From: Candidatus Marinamargulisbacteria bacterium SCGC AAA071-K20
GTDB taxonomy: Bacteria; Margulisbacteria; Marinamargulisbacteria; GCA-2716485; AAA071-K20
Direction of reading: 5' to 3'
NCBI GenBank assembly: GCA_003265975.1
Contig: QFBU01000002.1
Span: 3,661 to 67,660, forward strand
DNA length: 64,000 bases
Shown here piece by piece: positions 29,207-38,682 of this stretch. Below the pieces are notes generated by a model. That model saw only the letters and a list, made by a program, of their open reading frames with translations. It had not been told where the DNA came from and made no database searches. The translations under genes and the position numbers were made by a program. Every line of letters starts with the position of its first letter. The stretch's first letter is position 1.

Positions 29207-30044
29207 TAGTGATTCCTGTGTTTATAGGTAAATATATTTCAGTTTTTAGTGATGGGTATGTATCTTTTAATATATTTTGAATTGTATGACTCTCAGATTC
29301 AGAGTCACACTTGATAAAGCAACAAGCTCCGGAACCCGATAAATGGAGGGCCTTATTGAATGAAGTACATGTTTGTTCGAGATGGTGGAATAACTTATGT
29401 TTGCCGAAGACGGCCTTCTTAAGTGAATTAGTTCCAATATGGTTTCTATTTATTGTTTCAATGGATTCTTTGTTTGGGAGTTTGGGTTTTAATTGTTTGT
29501 CGAATGAGTCATAAATATCTTTAGTATTACAATGTATGTTTGGCATTAATAAGAGCAATGGTTTTAATAGTTTTTGGGGAACACTAGTAACAATGTTTCC
29601 GGTTCCAGTAACTATTGCAGTTCCGCCAACTAAAAAAAATGCGATGTCTGATCCAAATAATTTACTAATAGTAATTAATTTATTTGTAGAGAAGTTCCAG
29701 TTTTGACTTTTATTTAAGTACTGTAAAAAACCTGCGGCATTACTACTGCCACCACCTAAACCACCGCCCATAGGAATGTTTTTTTTAAGGTGAATTTTAA
29801 AGCCAGTACTAAGAATGTTTTTAAAATGAGAGTATATTTTGCTTAAGAGATTAAGATTGTTTGTTGGAACATTTGGGTTACTGCAGGTTATTTGAAAGGT
29901 ATTTGATTCTGTGATTTCAAGCTCGTCAAATAATGAAATATTTTGAAATATTGAATATATCGGGTGCATCCCCTGATCATTTGGGGGATACACTAATAAT
30001 GATAAATTTACTTTAGCAAATGTTCTTACTAAATGTGGCGTCAA
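29196..30044 (-). CDS. ispE: 4-diphosphocytidyl-2-C-methyl-D-erythritol kinase
   Basis: AKVNLSL near the N-terminus and the GHMP-kinase motif IPMGGGLGGGSSNAA. The TTG start overlaps the upstream stop (TTGA). Confidence 0.87.
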   Translation of the reverse strand: MTPHLVRTFAKVNLSLLVYPPNDQGMHPIYSIFQNISLFDELEITESNTFQITCSNPNVPTNNLNLLSKIYSHFKNILSTGFKIHLKKNIPMGGGLGGGSSNAAGFLQYLNKSQNWNFSTNKLITISKLFGSDIAFFLVGGTAIVTGTGNIVTSVPQKLLKPLLLLMPNIHCNTKDIYDSFDKQLKPKLPNKESIETINRNHIGTNSLKKAVFGKHKLFHHLEQTCTSFNKALHLSGSGACCFIKCDSESESHTIQNILKDTYPSLKTEIYLPINTGITIEM

Positions 30045-30940
30045 TTTTGAGTTTGTTTGGTCTCTGCCGGTTTAGTGTCGAATCTCTTTATTTTATGCGT
30101 TTTTTTAAGAGTATCAACATAGGCAGTAACTGCTTGATTTTGTTTGTATGTTTGCATGCTTTCTTGAATTTGTTTTTTAACTTGAGTGTATGTTTGTGCA
30201 GGAACCTTTTTAATATCTGTTAATTTAATAATGTGAAAACCTAAAGGAGTTTGAACTACTTTAGAAATGCTACCCTTCTTTTTTAATTCAAAAATAGCAT
30301 TTTCTAGAGAAGCTAATTTAACTTGTCCTTTTTTAACCCAACCAATGTCGCCACCTTGTTTTGATGATGGATCTTGTGAAAGTTTTTTTGCAGTAATTTT
30401 AAAACTCTGACCATTTTGTACTTTCTTTTGTATTGTTAAGGCTTCTTTTTTTGTAGGCACAAGAATGTGACTTACTCGTCTTAATTGGTAACTCGCGAAT
30501 AGTCGTTTGTTTTGATTATAAGACTCTTTTATTTCAGCATCGGTTACAGGGTTGAATTTCAACTTGTCTCTAAGCAATAAGTTAATAAGGGTTTCTCTTT
30601 TTAGAGTACTTACTTGTTGGTCTATTGCAGTAAGTTGTTTTTGATAGTCAGCATGCTTTTCGTATCCACCCTTTCTAGCTGCACTGAGTAGTACTTCTTC
30701 ATTAATAAGTTGGTCAAGTATAACGGTTTGATTTACGTTCAAAGGTGCCGTTTTACGGTACTCTTCAGGAAAGCTATTATATCTGTCTTTAACTGTAGTT
30801 TCAGTTATTACAATGCTATCAACTTTTGCAAGTTTTGTTTCCTTTGTATTTGACTGAGATAAACATCCACCTAATAGTAGTACTGTTAATATTAAACTTA
30901 TAGAAACTAAGCCGCTTTTTTTCAACTTATTTATTTTCAA
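30041..30940 (-). CDS. Parvulin-type peptidyl-prolyl isomerase lipoprotein (PrsA/SurA-like)
   Basis: Lipobox LLLGGC after a signal peptide. Parvulin domain RRVSHILV...GGDIGWV...GFHIIK. GGAGGG SD lies 7 nt before TTG 30940. Confidence 0.8.
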   Translation of the reverse strand: MKINKLKKSGLVSISLILTVLLLGGCLSQSNTKETKLAKVDSIVITETTVKDRYNSFPEEYRKTAPLNVNQTVILDQLINEEVLLSAARKGGYEKHADYQKQLTAIDQQVSTLKRETLINLLLRDKLKFNPVTDAEIKESYNQNKRLFASYQLRRVSHILVPTKKEALTIQKKVQNGQSFKITAKKLSQDPSSKQGGDIGWVKKGQVKLASLENAIFELKKKGSISKVVQTPLGFHIIKLTDIKKVPAQTYTQVKKQIQESMQTYKQNQAVTAYVDTLKKTHKIKRFDTKPAETKQTQN

Positions 30941-31007
30941 TGAAGACCCTCCAGATTTTTATTATTTTACAATTGTAGTATTAATGAAATTAAAATTCAA
31001 TTTAGAT

Positions 31008-33101
31008 TTAAGCTGTTGCTACTGGAGTAGTTGGAGCTAAAGAGACACGTTTTTGATCGTCTATACTTAGTACTTTAACTTCCATTGGATCCCCAACATT
31101 TAGAACATCTTCTACTCGTTCAATCCGTTTATCTGATAATTTAGAAACATGAACGAGTCCTTCTTTACCAGGTAAGTATTCTACGAATGCTCCAAAAGTA
31201 ACAATCTTAACAACTTTGGCTGCGAATATTTCGCCAACTTCAGGTTCTTTAGTTAGACCGTTTATCATATTTACGGCAATAGTTACTTTTTCTTGGTTTT
31301 TAGCAGAAATATTCACTAGACCAGAATTACCATCGGCTACAACTACAGTTGCTCCAGATTCTTCTTCAATCTTTCTAATCATTTTTCCGCCAGGTCCTAT
31401 TACTAGTCCAACTTTCTCAGGATCTATAGACATGTTATGAATTTTTGGTGCGTTTGGAGAAAGCTCTTCATTTGGTGTAGCGATTGATTGATCCATAATA
31501 TCTAGAATATGAAAACGACCTGCTTTTGCTTGGCTTAACGCTTGCTGTAGAATCTCTTTTGAAAGGCCAGATACTTTAATGTCTAACTGAAGTGCTGTAA
31601 TACCCTCTCTAGTTCCTGCTACTTTAAAGTCCATATCTCCGTAGTGATCTTCTAGCCCTTGGATGTCTGAGAGGATAGTGTGGTCATTTTCGTCTAATAA
31701 AAGTCCCATAGCGATCCCTGCTACTGATGATTTAATTGGTACACCTGCAGACATTAATGAAAGAGATCCAGAACAAACAGAGGCCATTGATGATGATCCA
31801 TTAGATTCTAAAATCTCAGATACGATTCTAATTGTGTATGGAAATGTGCCGTCAGCAGGTAAAACATGTCTTAACGCACGTTCTGCTAGGGCGCCATGCC
31901 CTAGTTCTCGTCGTCCAGTTCTTAGGAAACCTACTTCACCTACTGAATATGGTGGAAAATTATAGTGGAAAAAATAAGAGCTCTTTTTAGAGTCGGCTAG
32001 ACCGTCTACAATTTGCTCATCAACACTTGTACCTAAAGTAACGACTCCTAAACTTTGAGTTTCACCTCTAGTAAAAAGTGCAGATCCGTGAACAGATGGG
32101 AGTAGATTTGTTCTACATTCAATAGGTCTGATTTCGTCAGTTTTTCGACCGTCTGGTCTGATTTTCTTTTGGATAATTGTATTTCTAATTTGTTGTTTTT
32201 TAATTTCATTAAAAGCAGCTTTAACTAATCCTTCGTTTTCACCTTCTGGGTCAACAAACTTTTCAACCACTTTTTCACTTAGTTCACTTAAAAAAACTTC
32301 AATATCTTCTTTATTTCCACCTTGAAGATTTTGTTCTACTTCGGTTCCCATAAATGCGGCTACTTCAGATTTAATTCCTTCATATGCAGGATTAGGTCCA
32401 GGCACTGTCTTTTTCACTTTAGGTGCTTGGCTCGCTAGGTTTTCTTGTAATGTAATACTTTCTTTAATAGCTTCGTGAGCTAAAATTATAGCTTCTAGAA
32501 TTGTTTCTTCAGACAACTCACTAGATTGAGACTCAACCATTAATATAGCCTCTTTAGATCCTGATACTATAATTTCTAATTCACTGTTTTCTAATTCTTC
32601 AGTTGTAGGATTTACGACTAATTTTTTGTCGATATAACCTATTGTAGCTGCTCCAACTGGTCCGTTGAAAGGAATGTCAGATACTGAAACGGCTGCAGAT
32701 GCGGCAATTATTGCTAAGTTGTCGTAAGGAATAGTTTCGTCGAAAGATAGAGTTGTAATAATTATTTGTACATCATGAAAGAAGCCTTTTGGAAAACTAG
32801 GACGAAGTGGTCGGTCAATTAGTCTTGCTAGTAAAGTAGACTGTGTACTAGGACGTGCTTCTCTTTTAAAAAACCCTCCTGGGATTTTTCCACTTGCGTA
32901 CATTTTTTCAGCGATTTCGATTGTTAGAGGAAAGAAGTCGATACCTTCTTTTGGTTTTTTAGACATAGTGGCTGTTGCGAGTAGTACGTTGTTTCCACAT
33001 TCTAAAATTACAGATCCGTTGGCTTGTTTAGCCATTACACCTGTTTTAAGTGTAATTTCTTTTCCTGCTATTGTTTGTTTACTAATATATTCATGATTCA
33101 T
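31008..33101 (-). CDS. pnp: Polyribonucleotide nucleotidyltransferase (PNPase)
   Basis: The track starts at TTG 33137. ATG 33101 gives MNHEYISKQTIAGKEITLKTGVMAKQANGSV, which matches the canonical PNPase N-terminus in length. Two RNase PH domains, a KH domain (GPGGKMIRKI) and an S1 domain (GAFVEYLPGKEGLVHVS) are present. Confidence 0.95.
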   Translation of the reverse strand: MNHEYISKQTIAGKEITLKTGVMAKQANGSVILECGNNVLLATATMSKKPKEGIDFFPLTIEIAEKMYASGKIPGGFFKREARPSTQSTLLARLIDRPLRPSFPKGFFHDVQIIITTLSFDETIPYDNLAIIAASAAVSVSDIPFNGPVGAATIGYIDKKLVVNPTTEELENSELEIIVSGSKEAILMVESQSSELSEETILEAIILAHEAIKESITLQENLASQAPKVKKTVPGPNPAYEGIKSEVAAFMGTEVEQNLQGGNKEDIEVFLSELSEKVVEKFVDPEGENEGLVKAAFNEIKKQQIRNTIIQKKIRPDGRKTDEIRPIECRTNLLPSVHGSALFTRGETQSLGVVTLGTSVDEQIVDGLADSKKSSYFFHYNFPPYSVGEVGFLRTGRRELGHGALAERALRHVLPADGTFPYTIRIVSEILESNGSSSMASVCSGSLSLMSAGVPIKSSVAGIAMGLLLDENDHTILSDIQGLEDHYGDMDFKVAGTREGITALQLDIKVSGLSKEILQQALSQAKAGRFHILDIMDQSIATPNEELSPNAPKIHNMSIDPEKVGLVIGPGGKMIRKIEEESGATVVVADGNSGLVNISAKNQEKVTIAVNMINGLTKEPEVGEIFAAKVVKIVTFGAFVEYLPGKEGLVHVSKLSDKRIERVEDVLNVGDPMEVKVLSIDDQKRVSLAPTTPVATA

Positions 33102-33143
33102 TTTTGAAGACCCTTTCTTCTGTGGAGATATATCCAAGTTAAA

Positions 33144-33419
33144 TTATTTTATTTTGATTTTAAGATCTGCTGCTAGTTTTGCCAGTAATTCTGGATTTTT
33201 CTTTTTCATGTAGTTGATGAATTTACGTCGTCTTCCTACAAGAATTAATAGTCCTCTTCTAGTGTGATGATCTTTTTTGTGATTTTTTAAATGTTCTACA
33301 AGATGGTTGATACGTTCTGTTAAAAGTGCAATTTGTACATGTGACGATCCAGTGTCAGATACGTGTACTTTAAAGTTTTCAATAATCTCTTTTTTTTCTT
33401 TTTCACCTATTAATGCCAT
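33144..33419 (-). CDS. rpsO: 30S ribosomal protein S15
   Basis: 91 aa. [37 protein letters not shown] is the S15 signature. The conserved rpsO-pnp order holds. Confidence 0.93.
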   Translation of the reverse strand: MALIGEKEKKEIIENFKVHVSDTGSSHVQIALLTERINHLVEHLKNHKKDHHTRRGLLILVGRRRKFINYMKKKNPELLAKLAADLKIKIK

Positions 33420-33436
33420 GTCTTAATCTCCTTAAT

Positions 33437-33459
33437 ATATACCTCTAGTTAAGGTATAT
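33437..33459 (-). promoter_or_regulatory. Stem-loop in the rpsO 5' leader, just upstream of the SD (candidate S15 autoregulatory element)
   Basis: An 8-bp perfect stem ATATACCT / AGGTATAT with a 7-nt loop. It ends a few nt upstream of the AAGGAG SD of rpsO (minus strand). Confidence 0.3.
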
Positions 33460-33558
33460 GAGAAAAATATCCTAGCATATCTCAGCCTAGAGAGGCAAGA
33501 ACTTTGTGTTGAGTATATGGACTTTAGTAAGTAGAGGGTGCTTTATGTAAGTTTACTC

Positions 33559-33587
33559 TTTAAATGTGGGTAGGATTTGGTTATAAT
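33559..33587 (+). promoter_or_regulatory. Candidate sigma-70 promoter for def-panD-lysA-cdaA-panB-cysS
   Basis: TTTAAA (33559-33564), then N17, then TATAAT (33582-33587), about 40 nt upstream of ATG 33627. Confidence 0.4.
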
Positions 33588-33626
33588 AGTACGCTTAGTT
33601 CTTGAGGCTCATTTTGAGAGGAAATT

Positions 33627-34073
33627 ATGGCAATTGTAGACATTTTAGAATATCCCCATCCAGTTCTTAGACAGAAGTCTGAGATAGTTACGCAATTTGA
33701 TGATGGTCTTACGTCATTAATAGTAGATATGTTTGATACGATGGATAGTATGAAAGGGATTGGTCTTGCCGCTCCACAAGTTGGGGTTCTTCAGCAAATA
33801 ATCATAATTTCTTTTGAATCCCAAAGTTTTGAGTTAATTAACCCTAAAATTCTAGAGTTTTCTGGAAAACGAGATATTCAGGAAGAAGGTTGTTTAAGTA
33901 TGCCGGAAGTGCATGTGGATGTTGTAAGACATAACACTATAAAAGTTAGAGCGCAAAAAAGGGACGGCAAATCTATAGAGTTTGAATCTGATGGAATGAT
34001 TGCTAGAATCATACAACATGAAGTAGACCACTTAGATGGGATATTAATTACAGATAAAGGTTTACCAAAATAA
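33627..34073 (+). CDS. def: Peptide deformylase
   Basis: The three PDF motifs are present: GIGLAAPQVG, EGCLSMP and HEVDHLDG. Confidence 0.93.
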   Translation: MAIVDILEYPHPVLRQKSEIVTQFDDGLTSLIVDMFDTMDSMKGIGLAAPQVGVLQQIIIISFESQSFELINPKILEFSGKRDIQEEGCLSMPEVHVDVVRHNTIKVRAQKRDGKSIEFESDGMIARIIQHEVDHLDGILITDKGLPK

Positions 34074-34091
34074 AGCACTTAGGAGATAAGC

Positions 34092-34421
34092 ATGTTAATA
34101 ACTTTATTAAAGTCAAAAATTACATACGCTACCATTGATGATAGTAATCTTTATTATGAGGGTAGTGTGACCATAGATAAAGATATTATGGAAAAAGTGA
34201 ATATTAAGGTTAACGAAGAAGTTCAAATTTTAAATATCAATAACGGAGAACGTTTTACAACTTATTGTATTTGTGGAGAACGTGGTTCAAAAAAGTTTGT
34301 TTTGAATGGTCCGGCTGCTAGACGAGGGTGCCATGGCGACCAAATTATGATTTTAAGCTTCGCTCAAATTGACCCTGAAAAAGAGAGTTTAGAGCCTATA
34401 GTTCTTGATATGAGAAAGTAG
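34092..34421 (+). CDS. panD: Aspartate 1-decarboxylase (pyruvoyl-dependent)
   Basis: MLITLLKSKITYATIDDSNLYYEGSVTIDKD carries the Gly-Ser self-cleavage site (YEGS). ILNINNGERFTTY and VLNGPAARR align with E. coli PanD. Confidence 0.9.
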   Translation: MLITLLKSKITYATIDDSNLYYEGSVTIDKDIMEKVNIKVNEEVQILNINNGERFTTYCICGERGSKKFVLNGPAARRGCHGDQIMILSFAQIDPEKESLEPIVLDMRK

Positions 34422-34430
34422 TTTTTTTGC

Positions 34431-35720
34431 ATGTCTATTTATCCCAACTTATTTAAGCTTAATTCTAATAACAAGTATACAGTTGGTGACGTTTCAATTG
34501 AGTCATTAGTTTTGGAGTATGGAAGTCCCTTATATATTTTAGATCATCAAACAATTGCTTCAAACGTTGCTTCTTATCGTGATGCATTAGCTGAACATTG
34601 TCCTAACAGCAGATTAATTTATGCCGGGAAAGCTAATTTAACAGTTGGGTTAGTGAATTTGCTTTCTGATATGGGAATGGGGCTTGATGTTGTTTCTGGG
34701 GGAGAATTACATACGGCTCTTCAATCTAAAATTGATCCTAAAAATATTTATTTTCACGGTAATAATAAATCTGAACTTGAATTAGAAATGGCCATCAAGC
34801 ATCAGATATACATTATTGTAGATAATATTACTGAATTAAATAGAATATTTAATATTTCTCAAAAAGAGAATAAACATGTCAATATTTTGGTTAGAGTTAA
34901 ACCAGGGATAGAGGCTCATACTCATGAGTATATAAAGACAGGACAAGAGGATTCTAAGTTTGGTGTTGGTATTGAAGAGTTCTATTCAATGGTAGCTAAA
35001 ATAGCCAGAGAAAAATTGGTGGATTTAGTGGGTATTCACAGTCACATTGGGTCACAAATATTCCAGACTACTCCCTTTTTAGATCTTGTTGATATTCATT
35101 GTTCAATAATTAAAAAAGTGAAAGATGATCATGGGATAGATTTAAAAATCAGCAATATTGGTGGCGGTATTGGAATTCGCTATACTGAGGATGATGCCCC
35201 TCCAGAAATCTCAAAATTTATAGAATCAGTTTCTAAGCAGCTTAAGATGAAGTCTGCAGAGCTGGGGATTGCTGAGCCTACGTTATTATTAGAACCTGGC
35301 CGATCAATTATAGGGAATGCTGGCATGACAGTATATAAAATTGGAACAATTAAAAAAGTAACTGACGATAGAACATATCTTTTTGTAGATGGTGGGATGG
35401 CGGATAATCCTAGACCTATGATGTATCAGGCTTTACATACCTTTGGCTTGTCTTATAGATCGGATCGTCCAAAACAAAAATATGTAATAGCTGGTAAATA
35501 TTGTGAATCTGGAGATATTTTAGCTGAAGATGTAGAACTTAGTGAGCCTAAAGTAGATGATTTATTGATGGTTTTTGGTACAGGGGCTTATAACTATTCT
35601 ATGGCTTCTAATTATAATCGATCCTGTAAGCCAGCGGTTGTCTTAGTAAAAGACGGGGCTACAAAATTGTTAGTTGAAAGAGAAACTTTTGGTGATGTAA
35701 TCGCGCGAGATATAGTGTAG
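34431..35720 (+). CDS. lysA: Diaminopimelate decarboxylase
   Basis: YAGKANL (PLP lysine), HSHIGSQ, GGGIGIRY, EPGRSIIG and CESGD are the fold-III decarboxylase / LysA motifs. Confidence 0.92.
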   Translation: MSIYPNLFKLNSNNKYTVGDVSIESLVLEYGSPLYILDHQTIASNVASYRDALAEHCPNSRLIYAGKANLTVGLVNLLSDMGMGLDVVSGGELHTALQSKIDPKNIYFHGNNKSELELEMAIKHQIYIIVDNITELNRIFNISQKENKHVNILVRVKPGIEAHTHEYIKTGQEDSKFGVGIEEFYSMVAKIAREKLVDLVGIHSHIGSQIFQTTPFLDLVDIHCSIIKKVKDDHGIDLKISNIGGGIGIRYTEDDAPPEISKFIESVSKQLKMKSAELGIAEPTLLLEPGRSIIGNAGMTVYKIGTIKKVTDDRTYLFVDGGMADNPRPMMYQALHTFGLSYRSDRPKQKYVIAGKYCESGDILAEDVELSEPKVDDLLMVFGTGAYNYSMASNYNRSCKPAVVLVKDGATKLLVERETFGDVIARDIV

Positions 35721-36511
35721 TGGAACTAACTTTTGGTATTGTAAAAATATTATACTTAAGACTTAGTTTGGTGGTTGATTTTGTCTGTGTATATTTTTTG
35801 GTCTATCGCATATTGTCGTGGTTAAAACAAAATCAAACTTATAATGTAATTAAGGGGTTTGTTTTAATTTTTCTTTTCTTTTTGTTTAGTTATTTACTCA
35901 AACTTACCACAATTTCTTGGGTACTGGATAAGTTTACTACTGTTTTTATTATTTTAATTATTATTGTCTTTCAGCCTGAATTACGCCGATTCTTAGAACG
36001 GCTAGGGAGTTCAGGTTTGTTTTTATCTTCTTTACAAGCGGAAACCCAGAATGTGGCTGTGGTTAAACATATTGTAAGGGCTGTCGAAAATTTATCTAAA
36101 GAACATATCGGCGCCATTATAGCTATTGAGCAAGCTACTAATTTAGATGAATATATTTCTACAGGGATTCTTATCAATGGAGAAATGTCCTCAGACTTGC
36201 TTTCTACTTTATTTTGGAAGGGCGTTCCCACTCATGATGGCGCTGTTATTATTAGGAAGAGTAGAGTTGAGGCAGCTGGATGTTTTCTACCCTTAACTAA
36301 GCAAACGTTTTCAGATCGACGATTAGGTACGCGGCACCGGGCTTGTTTAGGACTTTCTGAAGTGAGTGACGCTATTATAATTGTTATTTCAGAAGAAAAT
36401 GGTGTGATTTCACTTGTGGAAAGAGGGTCTATTACTAGGTACCTTAATCGGGAAGCTTTAGAAACTAGATTATTTAATTTATATAAAGAAGAGAGCCCGA
36501 AAGCTAATTAA
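35720..36511 (+). CDS. cdaA: Diadenylate cyclase CdaA (membrane-anchored DAC domain)
   Basis: The GTG start overlaps the lysA stop (TAGTG). Three N-terminal TM helices are followed by DAC motifs HDGAVII, GTRHRA and VISEENG. Confidence 0.88.
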   Translation: MELTFGIVKILYLRLSLVVDFVCVYFLVYRILSWLKQNQTYNVIKGFVLIFLFFLFSYLLKLTTISWVLDKFTTVFIILIIIVFQPELRRFLERLGSSGLFLSSLQAETQNVAVVKHIVRAVENLSKEHIGAIIAIEQATNLDEYISTGILINGEMSSDLLSTLFWKGVPTHDGAVIIRKSRVEAAGCFLPLTKQTFSDRRLGTRHRACLGLSEVSDAIIIVISEENGVISLVERGSITRYLNREALETRLFNLYKEESPKAN

Positions 36512-36516
36512 GTAGT

Positions 36517-37317
36517 ATGAAAAAAAATATTTATCCCTCCTCAATGATTGATAAGAAACGTGCAAACGAAAAGTTTGTTATTTTAACAGCCTATGATTGT
36601 TTAACCGCTCAATTGCTAGAAAAATCAGGTGTTGAGTATATTTTAGTTGGAGATTCTCTTGGTAATATGTTTGCAGGATACGATAACACGCTACCGGTTA
36701 CCGTAGAGCAGATGATTTATCACGGAAAAGCTGTATGTGCAGGAACTGAAGAGGCATTAGTGATTATGGATATGCCGTATATGAGTTATCAAGTGTCTAA
36801 TGAAGATGCCATTTTAAATGCAGGTCGTCTTATTAAAGAAGCGGGCGGGAAAGCTGTAAAAATTGAAGTTAATCCGAATCAGATAGACAGGGTAAAAGCG
36901 GTTGTTGATTCTGGAATTGAAGTGATAGGTCATATTGGACTTACTCCTCAAACCGTATATCAATTAGGTGGGTATGGATTACAAGGAAAAGATCAAGAAG
37001 TATCCGACAAGCTTTCTCAATTGGCTTTAGCCTTAGAAAAAGCGGGATGTTTTTCGGTGTTGTTTGAAAAAATTCCTTCAGCCTTAGCTGCTAAATTAAC
37101 GTCGGAGTTAACTATTCCAACTCTTGGTATAGGCGCAGGCGTAGACTGTGATGGCCAAATATTGGTGACTCAAGATGTTCTTGGGGCAACAGAAGGAAAG
37201 CCTTTAAAGTTTGTAAAACAATATGCCTCAGTTTTTGATGCGTCTAAAAAAGCACTTGAATATTTTATTGAAGACGTTAAAACATCACAATTTCCTGGAG
37301 AAGCGCACTCCTTTTAG
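36517..37317 (+). CDS. panB: 3-methyl-2-oxobutanoate hydroxymethyltransferase
   Basis: ILTAYDCLTAQLLEKSGVEYILVGDSLGN, AVKIE and HIGLTPQ are PanB motifs. Confidence 0.92.
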   Translation: MKKNIYPSSMIDKKRANEKFVILTAYDCLTAQLLEKSGVEYILVGDSLGNMFAGYDNTLPVTVEQMIYHGKAVCAGTEEALVIMDMPYMSYQVSNEDAILNAGRLIKEAGGKAVKIEVNPNQIDRVKAVVDSGIEVIGHIGLTPQTVYQLGGYGLQGKDQEVSDKLSQLALALEKAGCFSVLFEKIPSALAAKLTSELTIPTLGIGAGVDCDGQILVTQDVLGATEGKPLKFVKQYASVFDASKKALEYFIEDVKTSQFPGEAHSF

Positions 37318-37321
37318 CATT

Positions 37322-38680
37322 ATGGAACACATAAAGATTTACAACACATTAAGTAAACAAAAAGAAATTTTTTCGCCGATAAATGAAAATAGTGTGAGTT
37401 TTTATTTGTGTGGGGTGACTGTATATGATGATTGTCATATTGGCCATGCTCGTGCGTATGTGTCTTTTGATGTTGTTAGACGGTTTCTTGAGTATTCGAA
37501 TTATGATGTGACTTTTGTCCAGAATTTTACTGATGTTGATGACAAAATAATTAAACGAGCGAATGAGCTCAAGATTTCTAGTGATGAGCTTACTCAAAAG
37601 TATATTCAACATTATTATAGAGATATGGACAAATTGGGTGTTAAAAGAGCTCATAAATATCCAAGGGCAACTAAATACATTGGGGAAATGATAAAGTTGA
37701 TATCGACCCTTATTCAAAAAGAGATTGCCTATGAACTTCATGGGGATGTTTGTTTTTCTATTGATAAATTTCCAGACTATGGAAAACTTTCAAAAAAAGT
37801 ACTTGAGGATTTAGAGTCTGGGACTAGGGTTGAAGTGGATCAAGAAAAGAGAAACCCTCTTGATTTTGTCCTTTGGAAAAAAGCCAAACCTGAAGAACCT
37901 TCTTGGGATAGTCCTTGGGGAAAAGGTCGTCCGGGGTGGCATATAGAATGTTCGGCGATGGCTATTAAAGAGCTAGGGCCGTCAATTGACATTCATGCTG
38001 GTGGGATTGATTTGATTTTTCCTCATCATGAAAATGAAATAGCTCAGTCGGAGTCTTGTACAGGAAAGCCATTTTCGAAGTATTGGATGCATAATGGGTT
38101 TGTGAATATTAAAAATCAAAAAATGTCTAAATCTTTAGGTAATTTTATTACGCTTCAAGAAATACTCACGCAATATCCTGGAGAGGTTTTGAGGTTCTAC
38201 CTAATAAAGTCACACTATCGTTCGATGTTGAATTTTTCTCCTGATGGGATTGATGAATCAAAGCAAGCATTACAACGTTTACATCAAACACTTAAAACTG
38301 TTACAAACCTTGATATTCCAAAAGATAAAGTTGAGGAGTTTGCACGACTAGAGACACGGTTTATTGAAGCTATGAAAGATGATTTTAATACCCCCGAAGC
38401 GATAGGTGTTCTTTTTGATTTAAATAAATTAATAAACAGTTCTAAGGCGGGCGTTGGATTGTTGAGAAAACTTGGAGGAATTTTAGGATTATTTTATGAC
38501 GATGTGATTGATGATGATATTGAAATGACTGAAGAGCTTCAACTTTTATTAGAGAAACGAAATAAAGCTAAACAAGAAAAAGATTTTAAAACTTCTGATG
38601 AAGTTAGAGATTTTTTATTGACTGAATACCAACTAAAAATTGAAGACACTCGCGAAGGTGTTCGTCTTAGACGAGCATAG
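37322..38680 (+). CDS. cysS: Cysteine--tRNA ligase
   Basis: The track ORF (37223) overlaps panB by 95 nt. ATG 37322 gives MEHIKIYNTLSKQKEIF, the canonical CysRS N-terminus. HIGHAR and KMSKSLGN class-I motifs and the WHIECS zinc site are present. Confidence 0.93.
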   Translation: MEHIKIYNTLSKQKEIFSPINENSVSFYLCGVTVYDDCHIGHARAYVSFDVVRRFLEYSNYDVTFVQNFTDVDDKIIKRANELKISSDELTQKYIQHYYRDMDKLGVKRAHKYPRATKYIGEMIKLISTLIQKEIAYELHGDVCFSIDKFPDYGKLSKKVLEDLESGTRVEVDQEKRNPLDFVLWKKAKPEEPSWDSPWGKGRPGWHIECSAMAIKELGPSIDIHAGGIDLIFPHHENEIAQSESCTGKPFSKYWMHNGFVNIKNQKMSKSLGNFITLQEILTQYPGEVLRFYLIKSHYRSMLNFSPDGIDESKQALQRLHQTLKTVTNLDIPKDKVEEFARLETRFIEAMKDDFNTPEAIGVLFDLNKLINSSKAGVGLLRKLGGILGLFYDDVIDDDIEMTEELQLLLEKRNKAKQEKDFKTSDEVRDFLLTEYQLKIEDTREGVRLRRA

Positions 38681-38682
38681 AT

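Noticed and set aside
37223-37321. Track start of cysS at 37223 (485 aa), overlapping panB by 95 nt
   Set aside because: The extension (MPQFLMRLKKHLNILLKTLKHH...) is the out-of-frame panB 3' end. ATG 37322 reproduces the canonical CysRS N-terminus.
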